Source: Polyangiaceae bacterium (GTDB lineage Bacteria > Myxococcota_A > Polyangia > Polyangiales > Polyangiaceae). From it: a stretch of DNA of 64,000 bases. The notes under the pieces were generated by a model that saw nothing but the letters and a program-made list of their open reading frames with translations, did not search any database and was not told where the DNA came from. The translations under genes and the position numbers were made by a program. Position 1 is the stretch's first letter, and every line of letters starts with the position of its first letter. Of this stretch, positions 1 to 9,404 are shown one piece after another. The stretch covers positions 128,001-192,000 of the forward strand of contig JBILLK010000016.1 of assembly GCA_044376115.1 (NCBI GenBank), written 5' to 3'.

Positions 1-5
1 GGTCA

Positions 6-764
6 TTGCGCCGCAGTGCGATCCCCGAAATGCCGGCGGTGCGTGAGGAGAGCGAGCGCCCGATACCGCTGCGAGAGCGCAAACGCGTTTCGTCCGTGCC
101 ACCTCCTGCGGTGCTGCGCGTTCCCGAGCGGCGCGATGCGGTTTCCTCGCGACCGCCTCCTCCGGGGCATGCCTCAGAGGGCCCGTATCGCCAGCTCGAA
201 GGAGGCCTCAACAAGGCTCGTCGCGCCTTACCCAACTTGCTCGACTCGGGCGAGTTCGCCGAACCGGCAGCCGCAGATTCGCTTGGCGAGGTGAGCAACC
301 ACCTCAATGAGCGCGGTGAAGTGCACATGGTGGACGTCGGCGCAAAGTCGAAGACGGCACGGCGCGCCTCGGCCAAGGGCTCGGTGCAGCTTCAGCTGGA
401 AACGGCCCAGCGGCTCTTACGCAACGACGTACCCAAAGGCGAGGTGCTGGCGACGGCTCGCTTGGCGGGCATCATGGCCGCGAAGCGCACTCCCGAGCTG
501 ATTCCACTTTGTCACCACGTCGCACTCACCAGCGTCGACGTGCTGATCGATGTCGAGCGCTCGACGGGAATCGTGACCGTCACAGCCGTGACCGAAGCAA
601 CCGATCGCACTGGCGTCGAGATGGAAGCGCTCACCGCAGTCAGCGTGGCCTGCTTGACGATCTACGACATGCTCAAGGGGATCGACCGCGAGATGGTGAT
701 CTCCGACATCAAGCTGCTCACCAAAGGTGGCGGTCGAGGCGGCCCGTATGTCCGCAAAGAGTGA
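6..764 (+). CDS. moaC: Cyclic pyranopterin monophosphate synthase MoaC with an N-terminal low-complexity extension; may be 5'-truncated by the window edge
   Basis: MoaC motifs [44 protein letters not shown]; the frame is open to the window start. Confidence 0.93.
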   Translation: MRRSAIPEMPAVREESERPIPLRERKRVSSVPPPAVLRVPERRDAVSSRPPPPGHASEGPYRQLEGGLNKARRALPNLLDSGEFAEPAAADSLGEVSNHLNERGEVHMVDVGAKSKTARRASAKGSVQLQLETAQRLLRNDVPKGEVLATARLAGIMAAKRTPELIPLCHHVALTSVDVLIDVERSTGIVTVTAVTEATDRTGVEMEALTAVSVACLTIYDMLKGIDREMVISDIKLLTKGGGRGGPYVRKE

Positions 765-1230
765 CGTCGAACCGCGCATCCGTGAGCAGCCTTTGTCGGT
801 CGACGAGGCGATCGCGTTCGTGAGTCACCCTGCGGCTGGGGCTGTCGCTACCTTCCTCGGCTTGGTGCGCGATCACAATGATGGGCGCCCGGTATCGTTG
901 CTTGAGTACCACGCCTATCAGAGCATGGCGGAGAAGGAGCTGCGGGCGATCGAAGCCGAGCTTACGAGCGAGCTTCCTGGTGTTCGATTGTTCTCAGCGC
1001 ACCGCATCGGTCCGCTTGCGATTGGAGACCTGGCCGTGGTGTGCGCAGCCAGCTCGGTGCATCGCGGTGAGGCCTTTCGCGCGGTGCGTCTGCTGATTGA
1101 CCGGATCAAAGAGCGCCTACCGATCTGGAAGCGAGAGCACGGCCCCGACGGCCCGTATTGGGTCGGCTGGCAGGACGCACGTTGTGTGGGTGAGCACGGT
1201 GATGAGCACGCGGGCCATCACCATGGCTGA
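748..1230 (+). CDS. moaE: Molybdopterin synthase catalytic subunit MoaE
   Basis: GAVATFLGLVRDHN, LEYHAY, HRIG, HRGEAF, LPIWKRE; ATG at 748 overlaps the moaC end; His-rich tail. Confidence 0.92.
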   Translation: MSAKSDVEPRIREQPLSVDEAIAFVSHPAAGAVATFLGLVRDHNDGRPVSLLEYHAYQSMAEKELRAIEAELTSELPGVRLFSAHRIGPLAIGDLAVVCAASSVHRGEAFRAVRLLIDRIKERLPIWKREHGPDGPYWVGWQDARCVGEHGDEHAGHHHG

Positions 1231-1231
1231 C

Positions 1232-2434
1232 TCACCACAGCTTCATTACCGGTAGCTCATCGCCGTCCCGAACGAGCTCCACCTCGGCGTCGAGGCGCAC
1301 CAACGCTTCTGCTTGCGCAAACGAGGTCACGGCGCCCGAGGCCTGGTTGGGCAAGAGCGTCGCCTGTAAGCCTTTGTCCGCGCTGATGAGGCGTGCCCGT
1401 GCAAACTCGGTTCTACCGGGCTTCCGCCGCAATGCGCCGCCGGGCACCTGCACCGCGGTCCTTACGAAGCTCGGCTTGCTGGTGGTATCCCCGAGCATCG
1501 TGCGGATCAGCGGCAAACCAAAAAGCAGGAACGTCAGACTCGAGCTCGCTGGGTTTCCTGGTAGGCCAAGCACACGCGTCTTTCCGCGCCGACCGAAGGT
1601 GATCGGCTTGCCCGGCTTCATCGCCACTTTGTAGAAGCTGATGACGACGCCCGCCCGCTCCAGCGCGGGCCGCACGAGATCGCGATCCCCCACGCTGACG
1701 CCGCCAATGGTCACGAGCAAGTCGGTGCCGTCGAGGGCGCTTTCGATGGCTTCGTCGAGGGCCCCATCGCTGTCGCGTACGAAGCGATGGAGCCGTGCGC
1801 TCGCTCCCGCCCGTTCTGCCGCTGCCTTGACGAAGAACCCGTTCGACTCGACCACCGACCCGAGCGCGCCCGGTTCCCCCGGTGAACGGAGCTCGTCACC
1901 GGTTCCAAGCACGCTCACCAGCGGCCTGCGCGCGACAACCAGCGTCGCGCGGTCGAGGCATGCGGCCAGCGCTACTCGGCCCGGATGTAGCTCCTCCCCC
2001 GCACGCAACGCGAGCGCTCCCGCCGCCATGTCTTCGCCCGTCTTGCGAATGTTGGCGCCGACGGAAGGTGCCACGTCAAACTCGATCGTCGCGGGTTCGG
2101 CACGAACCTCCTCCTGCATGATCACGGTGTCTGCGCCGTTCGGAATCACCGCTCCCGTGTAGATTCTGCAAGCGCTCTTGGGCGCTAGCTCGCTGAGCGG
2201 CTCCCCGGCGCTGCTCGTGCCGACGAGTGAGAGCCGATGCGGCGCAGGACCCAGATCAGCGTGGCGAAACGCGTAGCCGTCCATCGCTGAATAGTCGAAG
2301 CCCGGGAGCGGCGCTCGTGCGTGAATGTCCTCACGCAAGATCCGGCCGGCTGCTTCAAAGACACTGACGCGCTCGGCGGCGACCGGGTCTGTCGCTGCCA
2401 ACACCGTTTGTAGCGCCTCATCAAAGCTGAGCAT
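1232..2434 (-). CDS. moeA: Molybdopterin molybdotransferase MoeA
   Basis: SAMDGYA, IYTGA, GTGDEL, GGVSVGDRD, KPGKP, LPGNP; ATG at 2434 in a TGATG overlap with the upstream stop. Confidence 0.95.
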   Translation of the reverse strand: MLSFDEALQTVLAATDPVAAERVSVFEAAGRILREDIHARAPLPGFDYSAMDGYAFRHADLGPAPHRLSLVGTSSAGEPLSELAPKSACRIYTGAVIPNGADTVIMQEEVRAEPATIEFDVAPSVGANIRKTGEDMAAGALALRAGEELHPGRVALAACLDRATLVVARRPLVSVLGTGDELRSPGEPGALGSVVESNGFFVKAAAERAGASARLHRFVRDSDGALDEAIESALDGTDLLVTIGGVSVGDRDLVRPALERAGVVISFYKVAMKPGKPITFGRRGKTRVLGLPGNPASSSLTFLLFGLPLIRTMLGDTTSKPSFVRTAVQVPGGALRRKPGRTEFARARLISADKGLQATLLPNQASGAVTSFAQAEALVRLDAEVELVRDGDELPVMKLW

Positions 2435-2907
2435 CAGTGCCCTCCGCCTTGCGCGATCTTCACCGCATGCTCGAGCACCGGCGCGATCAGCTTGCGCACC
2501 GCAAGTGGAATGGCCTTCGGACTGCCGGGCAGCGCAAACACGCAGGTCGTGCCGATGAGCCCTGCGGTCGCGTTGGAGAGCATCGCCCGCGCGCCAACAT
2601 CGGCCTCGGAGAGCCTGCGGAAGGCTTCGCCAAAGCCATCCATTCGCTTGTCGAAGAGCGGATCCAGCGCCGCGATCGTTACATCGCGCGGGCCGAGCCC
2701 CGTCCCACCCGTCGTGATGATCGCATCGCACGTCGGCGCAGCGGCCCTAACCGACTCACGAATCACCAGTAGCTCCTCCTCCACGATGCTGTGGCGCTCC
2801 GGCGCAAAGCCAGCGCCGGTTAACTCCTCGAGCAACGTCTTCCCGCCGAGGTCGGTCTCCGGGGTTCGGGTGTCACTGAAAGTGAAGGTGACGAGGCGAA
2901 GCTTCAT
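2434..2907 (-). CDS. MoaB/Mog family molybdopterin adenylyltransferase
   Basis: SDTR, ITTGGTGLGPRDVT, GFGEAFR, FALPGSP; ATGA overlap with the patatin stop. Confidence 0.9.
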   Translation of the reverse strand: MKLRLVTFTFSDTRTPETDLGGKTLLEELTGAGFAPERHSIVEEELLVIRESVRAAAPTCDAIITTGGTGLGPRDVTIAALDPLFDKRMDGFGEAFRRLSEADVGARAMLSNATAGLIGTTCVFALPGSPKAIPLAVRKLIAPVLEHAVKIAQGGGH

Positions 2908-3803
2908 GAGGGTCCCGCGCACAAGATGGTCTCGATGGTCGGCATCGTCAGCGCTTCCTCGATCCGTGCGCGATCGAAGTCGAAATGCCGCAGACGAATG
3001 GTTCCTTGCGGACTGAGGATGCGAAGTCGCACGTCGCCTGGGGCTCTCGGAATGCGCTCGCGTTCAAACAAGGTTGGGGAGACGCAGCCGCCCTCGAAGG
3101 GAGTGACGATCGTGATGTCGTGCGCACCGCGAGCGATCAACTCGCCGAGCAGCGTGTTGTCGGTGGCACCACCGTCGATATGCACCTCGCCGTCGAGCAC
3201 CGGGAGTTTGCCGTAAAGGCCGGGAATCGAGCAGCTTGCGACGATCACGTCGTGCATGTCTTGGCGCTCTCGATTCGAGTGAATCACGCGCGCGGCAGAC
3301 GCCAAACCAAGCTCGTGAACTGGGCTCGGCAGCGAATAGTACGGTTGCTCTGGGGTTGGTTCGGGTGCTCCAGCCACCTTCCGCTGGCCAAGCCGAGCGC
3401 GCGCCGACTCCAGCGCCGAGCGAAGGAAGTGCGACGCTCGCGTGGTTGAAACCAAGAGCTCGACTTCGCTCTGGGCGATGCGCTCTTCGGGGACGAAGCG
3501 CGTGAGCGCGGTGCGCACGATGCTGCCCATACCGAAGGGGCTCCCATCGGTGCGCAGATAGCGGCGCGACACGATCGGCGTCTTGGCCAAGGAACGAAAC
3601 ATGTCGGGCCCATCGGCGGCCAGCCCGGCTACCAGCACTGCGCCCGAGATGGAGCCGCTGGAGGCACCGGCTACGAGGTCGAAGCGCTCGCCAGCCGCCC
3701 ATAGCGCTGAAACGACGCCGATCTGAAAGGCGCCCCGACAACCGGAGCCCGGGAGACAGAGGGCTCGCGGCGCACCGTTGGTTCCCCTTCCTTTGGATGA
3801 CAT
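2904..3803 (-). CDS. Patatin-like phospholipase
   Basis: Gly-rich GSGCRG, nucleophile GASSG and DGG motifs. Confidence 0.85.
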   Translation of the reverse strand: MSSKGRGTNGAPRALCLPGSGCRGAFQIGVVSALWAAGERFDLVAGASSGSISGAVLVAGLAADGPDMFRSLAKTPIVSRRYLRTDGSPFGMGSIVRTALTRFVPEERIAQSEVELLVSTTRASHFLRSALESARARLGQRKVAGAPEPTPEQPYYSLPSPVHELGLASAARVIHSNRERQDMHDVIVASCSIPGLYGKLPVLDGEVHIDGGATDNTLLGELIARGAHDITIVTPFEGGCVSPTLFERERIPRAPGDVRLRILSPQGTIRLRHFDFDRARIEEALTMPTIETILCAGPS

Positions 3804-3848
3804 CGATTCCTGCTTTGCGTTCTACAGGGCGGACAGTAGAGTCGCCGC

Positions 3849-5033
3849 GTGTCCGGCCCGAGCATCCCGTATATCAAACTCCAAGAAATCCCGCTCAATC
3901 TTGGCCTGCCGAGTCCGCTCGACAGCATCAAGCCCTTCGGGATCCTCGTCGCGACCGGTGTGTACATCGGGTCGGTCCTGGCCATGCGGCGCGCGCGCCA
4001 ACGCGGCCTGGACCAGGAGAAGATGAGCAACTTCATCCTGTACGTCGTCGGTATCGGCTTCATCGGTGCGCACGTCTTCGACGCGATCTTCTACACACCC
4101 GAAAAGCTGCTCCAAGACCCGCTCTACATCTTCAAGTTGTGGATGGGACTATCGAGCTACGGCGGCTTCCTCGGGTCGATCATCGGCGTCTTCGTTTACA
4201 AGTGGGTGAAGCGTGATCGAGACGTGTTCGCCTATGTGGACACCATCTGCTCGGCCTTCCCAGTTTCGTGGGTGTTCGGGCGCGCCGGCTGTGCCTCGGT
4301 CCACGATCATCCCGGGCGAGAGACGAGCTCCTGGCTCGGCATGCAGTACTACCACCCGGAGGTGACGCAGAAGGGCACCTGGGGCTTGCTCTACGATCCA
4401 GCTCAAACGGTGGGTCGCTTTGACCTCGGCTTCATCGAGATGGTGCTGACCATCCCGCTCGCGACGGCCTTCGTCATCTTGTGGCAGCGCAAGCCTCGCA
4501 ATTACGGTTTCTACGCTGGGTGGCAGTGCGTGCTCTACGCCCCCATTCGCTTCGTGCTCGACTTCTACCGTATCGAGGAAGGCGGCCCGATGGATGCCGA
4601 TCCGCGGTTCCTCGGCCTAACCCCCGCTCAGTTCGCCTGCTTTGGCCTCGCGGCGATCGGTTTCTACGTCCTGTCACTGTCGAAGAAGTATCCGGCGCCT
4701 GCTTCTTGGGCCGCCCAAGCTCAAGAGATCGAGGAGGAGGAGGCCGCACTGCTGGAGGCGGAGCGGCTCGAGCGCAAGGCAATCGAAGCCAAGCGAAAGA
4801 AGCGCAAGGGGGCAAAGCCCGCCGCCTCGAGCACGCCCGCCAAGAAGGCAAAGCCCGCTGACGACTCAAAGTCCGAGGAGCTCGACTCGAAGGATGAAGC
4901 CCTAGCTAATTCGGAGCCAACGCAGGAAGAGTCCGAAGAGGAAGCTCCGGAATCCGACTCCAGTGCCGAAAGCAAAGAAAGTCCCGCGGCGGAGAAGCCC
5001 AACAAGGCCAAGCCCGCCAGCGAGGAAGAGTGA
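3849..5033 (+). CDS. lgt: Prolipoprotein diacylglyceryl transferase with a long charged C-terminal tail
   Basis: Multiple TM segments; GLSSYGGF, GRAGC, HDHPG, RFVLDFYR, LTPAQ. Confidence 0.85.
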   Translation: MSGPSIPYIKLQEIPLNLGLPSPLDSIKPFGILVATGVYIGSVLAMRRARQRGLDQEKMSNFILYVVGIGFIGAHVFDAIFYTPEKLLQDPLYIFKLWMGLSSYGGFLGSIIGVFVYKWVKRDRDVFAYVDTICSAFPVSWVFGRAGCASVHDHPGRETSSWLGMQYYHPEVTQKGTWGLLYDPAQTVGRFDLGFIEMVLTIPLATAFVILWQRKPRNYGFYAGWQCVLYAPIRFVLDFYRIEEGGPMDADPRFLGLTPAQFACFGLAAIGFYVLSLSKKYPAPASWAAQAQEIEEEEAALLEAERLERKAIEAKRKKRKGAKPAASSTPAKKAKPADDSKSEELDSKDEALANSEPTQEESEEEAPESDSSAESKESPAAEKPNKAKPASEEE

Positions 5034-5085
5034 GGTCACTCGTTCGCGGACAGTCGCAGTCAATGGGTCGAGGCCCTGTTGCGGC

Positions 5086-5113
5086 TTGACGCGGGGAATA
5101 CATTCGATAGCTT
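5086..5113 (+). promoter_or_regulatory. Candidate sigma70-type promoter for the RRM gene
   Basis: TTGACG-N16-TAGCTT in the intergenic region; implies a ~175-nt 5' UTR. Confidence 0.4.
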
Positions 5114-5294
5114 TGTTTGCTCGACGGCCATGCGTCCTACTCTGAGCTCATTGCACGTCACGCAAGCCATGGTTCCTTGGCTCGTTGTGCGTCGTCTTGT
5201 CTCTTCGGACCGAGTCGGACGTGTGTCACCGCCGCGCGCGCATAGCCGCGCTTCATTATTGTGTCGTTCGTTTGCAAAAACAGGTTGATGGTCG

Positions 5295-6218
5295 ATGGCT
5301 GAGGATTCCCGAAAGTTGTTTGTTGCTGGTTTACCCGATTCGATTACCGAAGACGTGCTCAGGCAGCTCTTCGAAGCTACGGGCGGTGCAGTCGCTGAAG
5401 TGACGCTGCCGCGGGACCGTACAACGGGGAGACCACGCGGGTTCGGGTTCGTGACAATGTCAACGACGGACGAGGCCAACGCGGCTCGTGAGTCGTTGCA
5501 CGGTAGTTTCCAGGGCGGTCGAAGCATCTCTGTTCGTCCGTTCGAGTCGGCTCCGCCCAAGCGTGAGCCGGGCGACATGCGTCCGGGCGCACCGCCGTCT
5601 GCTGGTCCGCGCTCGGCGCCGGCCTCGCAGGTGGAGTCGCCGGACCGTAAGATCTACATCGGCAACCTCCCTTACGACGCTACACCCGAGGAGGTGGAGG
5701 CCGTCGTCAACGCAACGGGCGGTGGGCCGGTCGTGCGCGTGATCATGCCTTCGGATCCGGATGGTCGCAAACGCGGTTTTGCGTTCGCCTACATGGCGAG
5801 TCAAGACGCCGCACGCGGCGCAATCGATCTGCTCAAGGGCGCTGAGGTTCGCGGGCGCCGGTTGGTGGTCAACCACGCCCATGACCGCCCTGCGCGCGAC
5901 GAACGCGGTGGCGGTGGCGGCGGTTATCAGGGTGGCGGCTACCAAGGTGGTGGCGGTGGCTTCGGCCCTCCCTCCGGTCCGCGCAGTGACCACAGCCCGA
6001 ATTCGGGCCGTGATTTTGGACCTCCGGCCTTTGCAGGCGGTGGCGGCGGTGGGCCGCCCAGTGGCGGGCGCGCTGGTGGGCCTCCGCAAGGTCGCAAGAC
6101 GTTCGACGAACGTCGGCGCAAGACTCACGAGGACGGCGGCGGTGCACGCGGTGGCGCTGGCGGTGGTCGCAAGAACAAGAACGATTGGGACACCCGCGGG
6201 GACGACTGGGACGAATGA
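5295..6218 (+). CDS. RNA-binding protein with two RRM domains and a Gly/Arg-rich tail
   Basis: RNP2/RNP1 pairs KLFVAGL...RGFGFVTM and KIYIGNL...RGFAFAYM; GGYQGG/RGG tail. Confidence 0.92.
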   Translation: MAEDSRKLFVAGLPDSITEDVLRQLFEATGGAVAEVTLPRDRTTGRPRGFGFVTMSTTDEANAARESLHGSFQGGRSISVRPFESAPPKREPGDMRPGAPPSAGPRSAPASQVESPDRKIYIGNLPYDATPEEVEAVVNATGGGPVVRVIMPSDPDGRKRGFAFAYMASQDAARGAIDLLKGAEVRGRRLVVNHAHDRPARDERGGGGGGYQGGGYQGGGGGFGPPSGPRSDHSPNSGRDFGPPAFAGGGGGGPPSGGRAGGPPQGRKTFDERRRKTHEDGGGARGGAGGGRKNKNDWDTRGDDWDE

Positions 6219-6279
6219 GCTGATCCACCCGTCTCCTGAACTGAAACAGCAGGATGGCCGGCCATTCGTTCAAACTCTA

Positions 6280-6310
6280 TTGACGGGAGACCATATTGCA
6301 CTATGGTCCC
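6280..6310 (+). promoter_or_regulatory. Candidate sigma70 promoter of rpmG with an overlapping inverted repeat
   Basis: TTGACG (6280)-N16-TATGGT (6302); palindrome GACCATA-TTGCAC-TATGGTC. Confidence 0.5.
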
Positions 6311-6334
6311 CACCCTTTCTGAGAGGAAACGCCC

Positions 6335-6496
6335 ATGCGCGACATCATTAAGCTCACTTGTGCCACCTGCAGCCGTGCGAACTATCACACGACCAAGAAC
6401 AAGCGGACGATGACGGAGAAGTTCGCCATCAAGAAGTTCTGCCCTGCGTGCCGAAAGCACCTGGAGCACAAAGAAGGCAAGATCTCGCGCGGTTGA
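6335..6496 (+). CDS. rpmG: 50S ribosomal protein L33, Zn-binding (C+) form; absent from the ORF track
   Basis: Hand translation [63 protein letters not shown]. Confidence 0.96.
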   Translation: MRDIIKLTCATCSRANYHTTKNKRTMTEKFAIKKFCPACRKHLEHKEGKISRG

Positions 6497-6594
6497 TGGC
6501 CGGCTCCCGGCTGGGTTGCAGTCGCCAATGACTCGCGCCGAGTCGAAGGTCCAGGGCAGTTGCCGCTACGCCTTCACTCGAGTCGCGAGCCCTT

Positions 6595-6622
6595 CCGCCC
6601 GGGTCTCCCGGGCGGCTTTTTT
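6595..6622 (+). terminator. Intrinsic terminator after rpmG
   Basis: CCGCCCGGG-TCT-CCCGGGCGG stem-loop followed by CTTTTTT. Confidence 0.75.
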
Positions 6623-6757
6623 GCCGCAGGGGCCAAGCCGTGCCATCCTGTGCATTCGTTAGCGACCCGCATTCGATTAGGGGGTCGCACGTTTTGGGCT
6701 TGGTGATGTGCGGAGTTCGCGAGGGCGCGGTTCGTGCGGGCCAATCCTCATCGGTGA

Positions 6758-7795
<1,038 letters not shown>

Positions 7796-8011
7796 TTGGG
7801 GTTACGTTGGGGCAACCCAACCGCCAAGCTACTGATGATTCTGTTCACCTTCGGTGGAATAGCCGGCCCAGGGACTGTGTTCTCTTGGGCCGTCCGGCTA
7901 TTTCTGCGCTAAGAAAGGTCTCCCAAATCGTCGGGCCTACGGCTCTTTTGTCGGTGAGGGCCTAAGTCGTCGTTCGTTTGCATCCATCCCCTGGGTGGAA
8001 TTGGGAGTTGA

Positions 8012-8875
8012 GTGAATTTCAAGAGGTACCGCGATTGGCTGATCGTCGTGCTCTCCCTCGCGGTGCCTTTCTGGTTTTTGCGAGCGAGCATGAAGGATCC
8101 AAAGCAGGCCACGGGAGCCGACCGTGTACTCGTGCAGATCGCAGCACCGATTCAAACCGCCACCGCCATTCTCGCCCGCGGTCTCTCTCATCTCTGGAGC
8201 GACTACGTCTATCTGGTCGACGTCAAGGCTGACAATTCAACGCTTGTCTCCGACAACGCTCGGCTGCGCGAGCGCACGCGTGAGCTCGAGTCGCTGGAGA
8301 CGGAGAATCGGCGGCTGCGTCGGCTGCTCGATCTCAAGAACAGCGTGCAAGACGACGTCGTGACCGCGCAGGTCGTCGGAAAGACCACGAACGAATTTTT
8401 CCGGATGATGCGGGTGACGCTGGATCGGTCGAGCCCAGCGATCGTGCCGAATCTGCCAGTGCTTGCGCCCGACGGCGTGGTCGGAACGACGCTCAAAGTC
8501 GCAGGCGACACGGTGGATGTGCGCTTGGTCGCCGATGCAGGCGCCGGTGTCGACGTGATCGTTCAGCGCACCGAGGCCCGCGGCTTCGTGCGTGGGACCG
8601 GAGACGAGCGCGCCTATTCGTGCAACGTCGAGTACCTCAAGCGCACCGACGAGGTCGACATCGGGGATGTGCTGGTAACGAGTGGCGTTGGTCTACGCTT
8701 CCCCAAAGGGATCCCGGTATGCACCGTGACCAAGGTGACGAAGCGCGATTTCGGCGTTTACCAACAAGTCGGTTGTGCGCCCACCGTGGACTTCTCACGG
8801 CTCGATGAGGTGTTGGTCGTGCTCGGAGCCCGCGACGTCATCCCACCGCCCCCCAAGAATTCGAAAGAGCCCTGA
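8012..8875 (+). CDS. mreC: Rod shape-determining protein MreC
   Basis: N-terminal TM, coiled coil (ENRRLRRLL), GDVLVTSG..FPKGIPV; operon position. Confidence 0.93.
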   Translation: MNFKRYRDWLIVVLSLAVPFWFLRASMKDPKQATGADRVLVQIAAPIQTATAILARGLSHLWSDYVYLVDVKADNSTLVSDNARLRERTRELESLETENRRLRRLLDLKNSVQDDVVTAQVVGKTTNEFFRMMRVTLDRSSPAIVPNLPVLAPDGVVGTTLKVAGDTVDVRLVADAGAGVDVIVQRTEARGFVRGTGDERAYSCNVEYLKRTDEVDIGDVLVTSGVGLRFPKGIPVCTVTKVTKRDFGVYQQVGCAPTVDFSRLDEVLVVLGARDVIPPPPKNSKEP

Positions 8876-9402
8876 TGAGGAACTCGGCCTTCCTCGCGCT
8901 TGGTTTTGCGGTGCTGATCCTGCAGAGCATCTTGTTTCGCCTGCTCGATCTGCTCCACCCCGCGCTTGCGACGCCGAGTCTGTTGCTTCCGCTCGTGGTC
9001 TTCATGGGCGTGCACGAGTACTCAATCGGACGGGGAGCGGCGTTGGCCTTCGTTCTGGGCTACATGCTTGACGTGTTTGTCGCAGGACCTCTCGGCCTGT
9101 TCACCTTCATTTCGGCGGCGGCCTTTGTCGTGGCGCGTTTCGCGGGGGTGAGGCTGGCGGCCCAGACGCTGCTGACGAAGATCGCGTTGGCGTTCGTGTT
9201 CGCCTTGCTCGAAGGGGTGTTGGTGGTGGTCTTCACCGCGATCGTTGGAGATGACCCCTTCCGAGCTCGCGCAACGGCAGCGTTGATCCCAGCGCACGCT
9301 GCCACCACGGCAGCCTTTGCTCCCTTTGTTTTTCGGTTGGCCGAGCGCGTGCACGCAGCCACCATTGCCTCCCCACTGCCACCTGAAACTGGAAGGAGCT
9401 AG
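8875..9402 (+). CDS. mreD: Rod shape-determining protein MreD
   Basis: Hydrophobic 175 aa with GYMLD..GPLG, between mreC and mrdA. Confidence 0.85.
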   Translation: MRNSAFLALGFAVLILQSILFRLLDLLHPALATPSLLLPLVVFMGVHEYSIGRGAALAFVLGYMLDVFVAGPLGLFTFISAAAFVVARFAGVRLAAQTLLTKIALAFVFALLEGVLVVVFTAIVGDDPFRARATAALIPAHAATTAAFAPFVFRLAERVHAATIASPLPPETGRS

Positions 9403-9404
9403 CC

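Noticed and set aside
6497..6594. SRP or other known ncRNA after rpmG
   Set aside because: Short stems are present but no recognisable family motif
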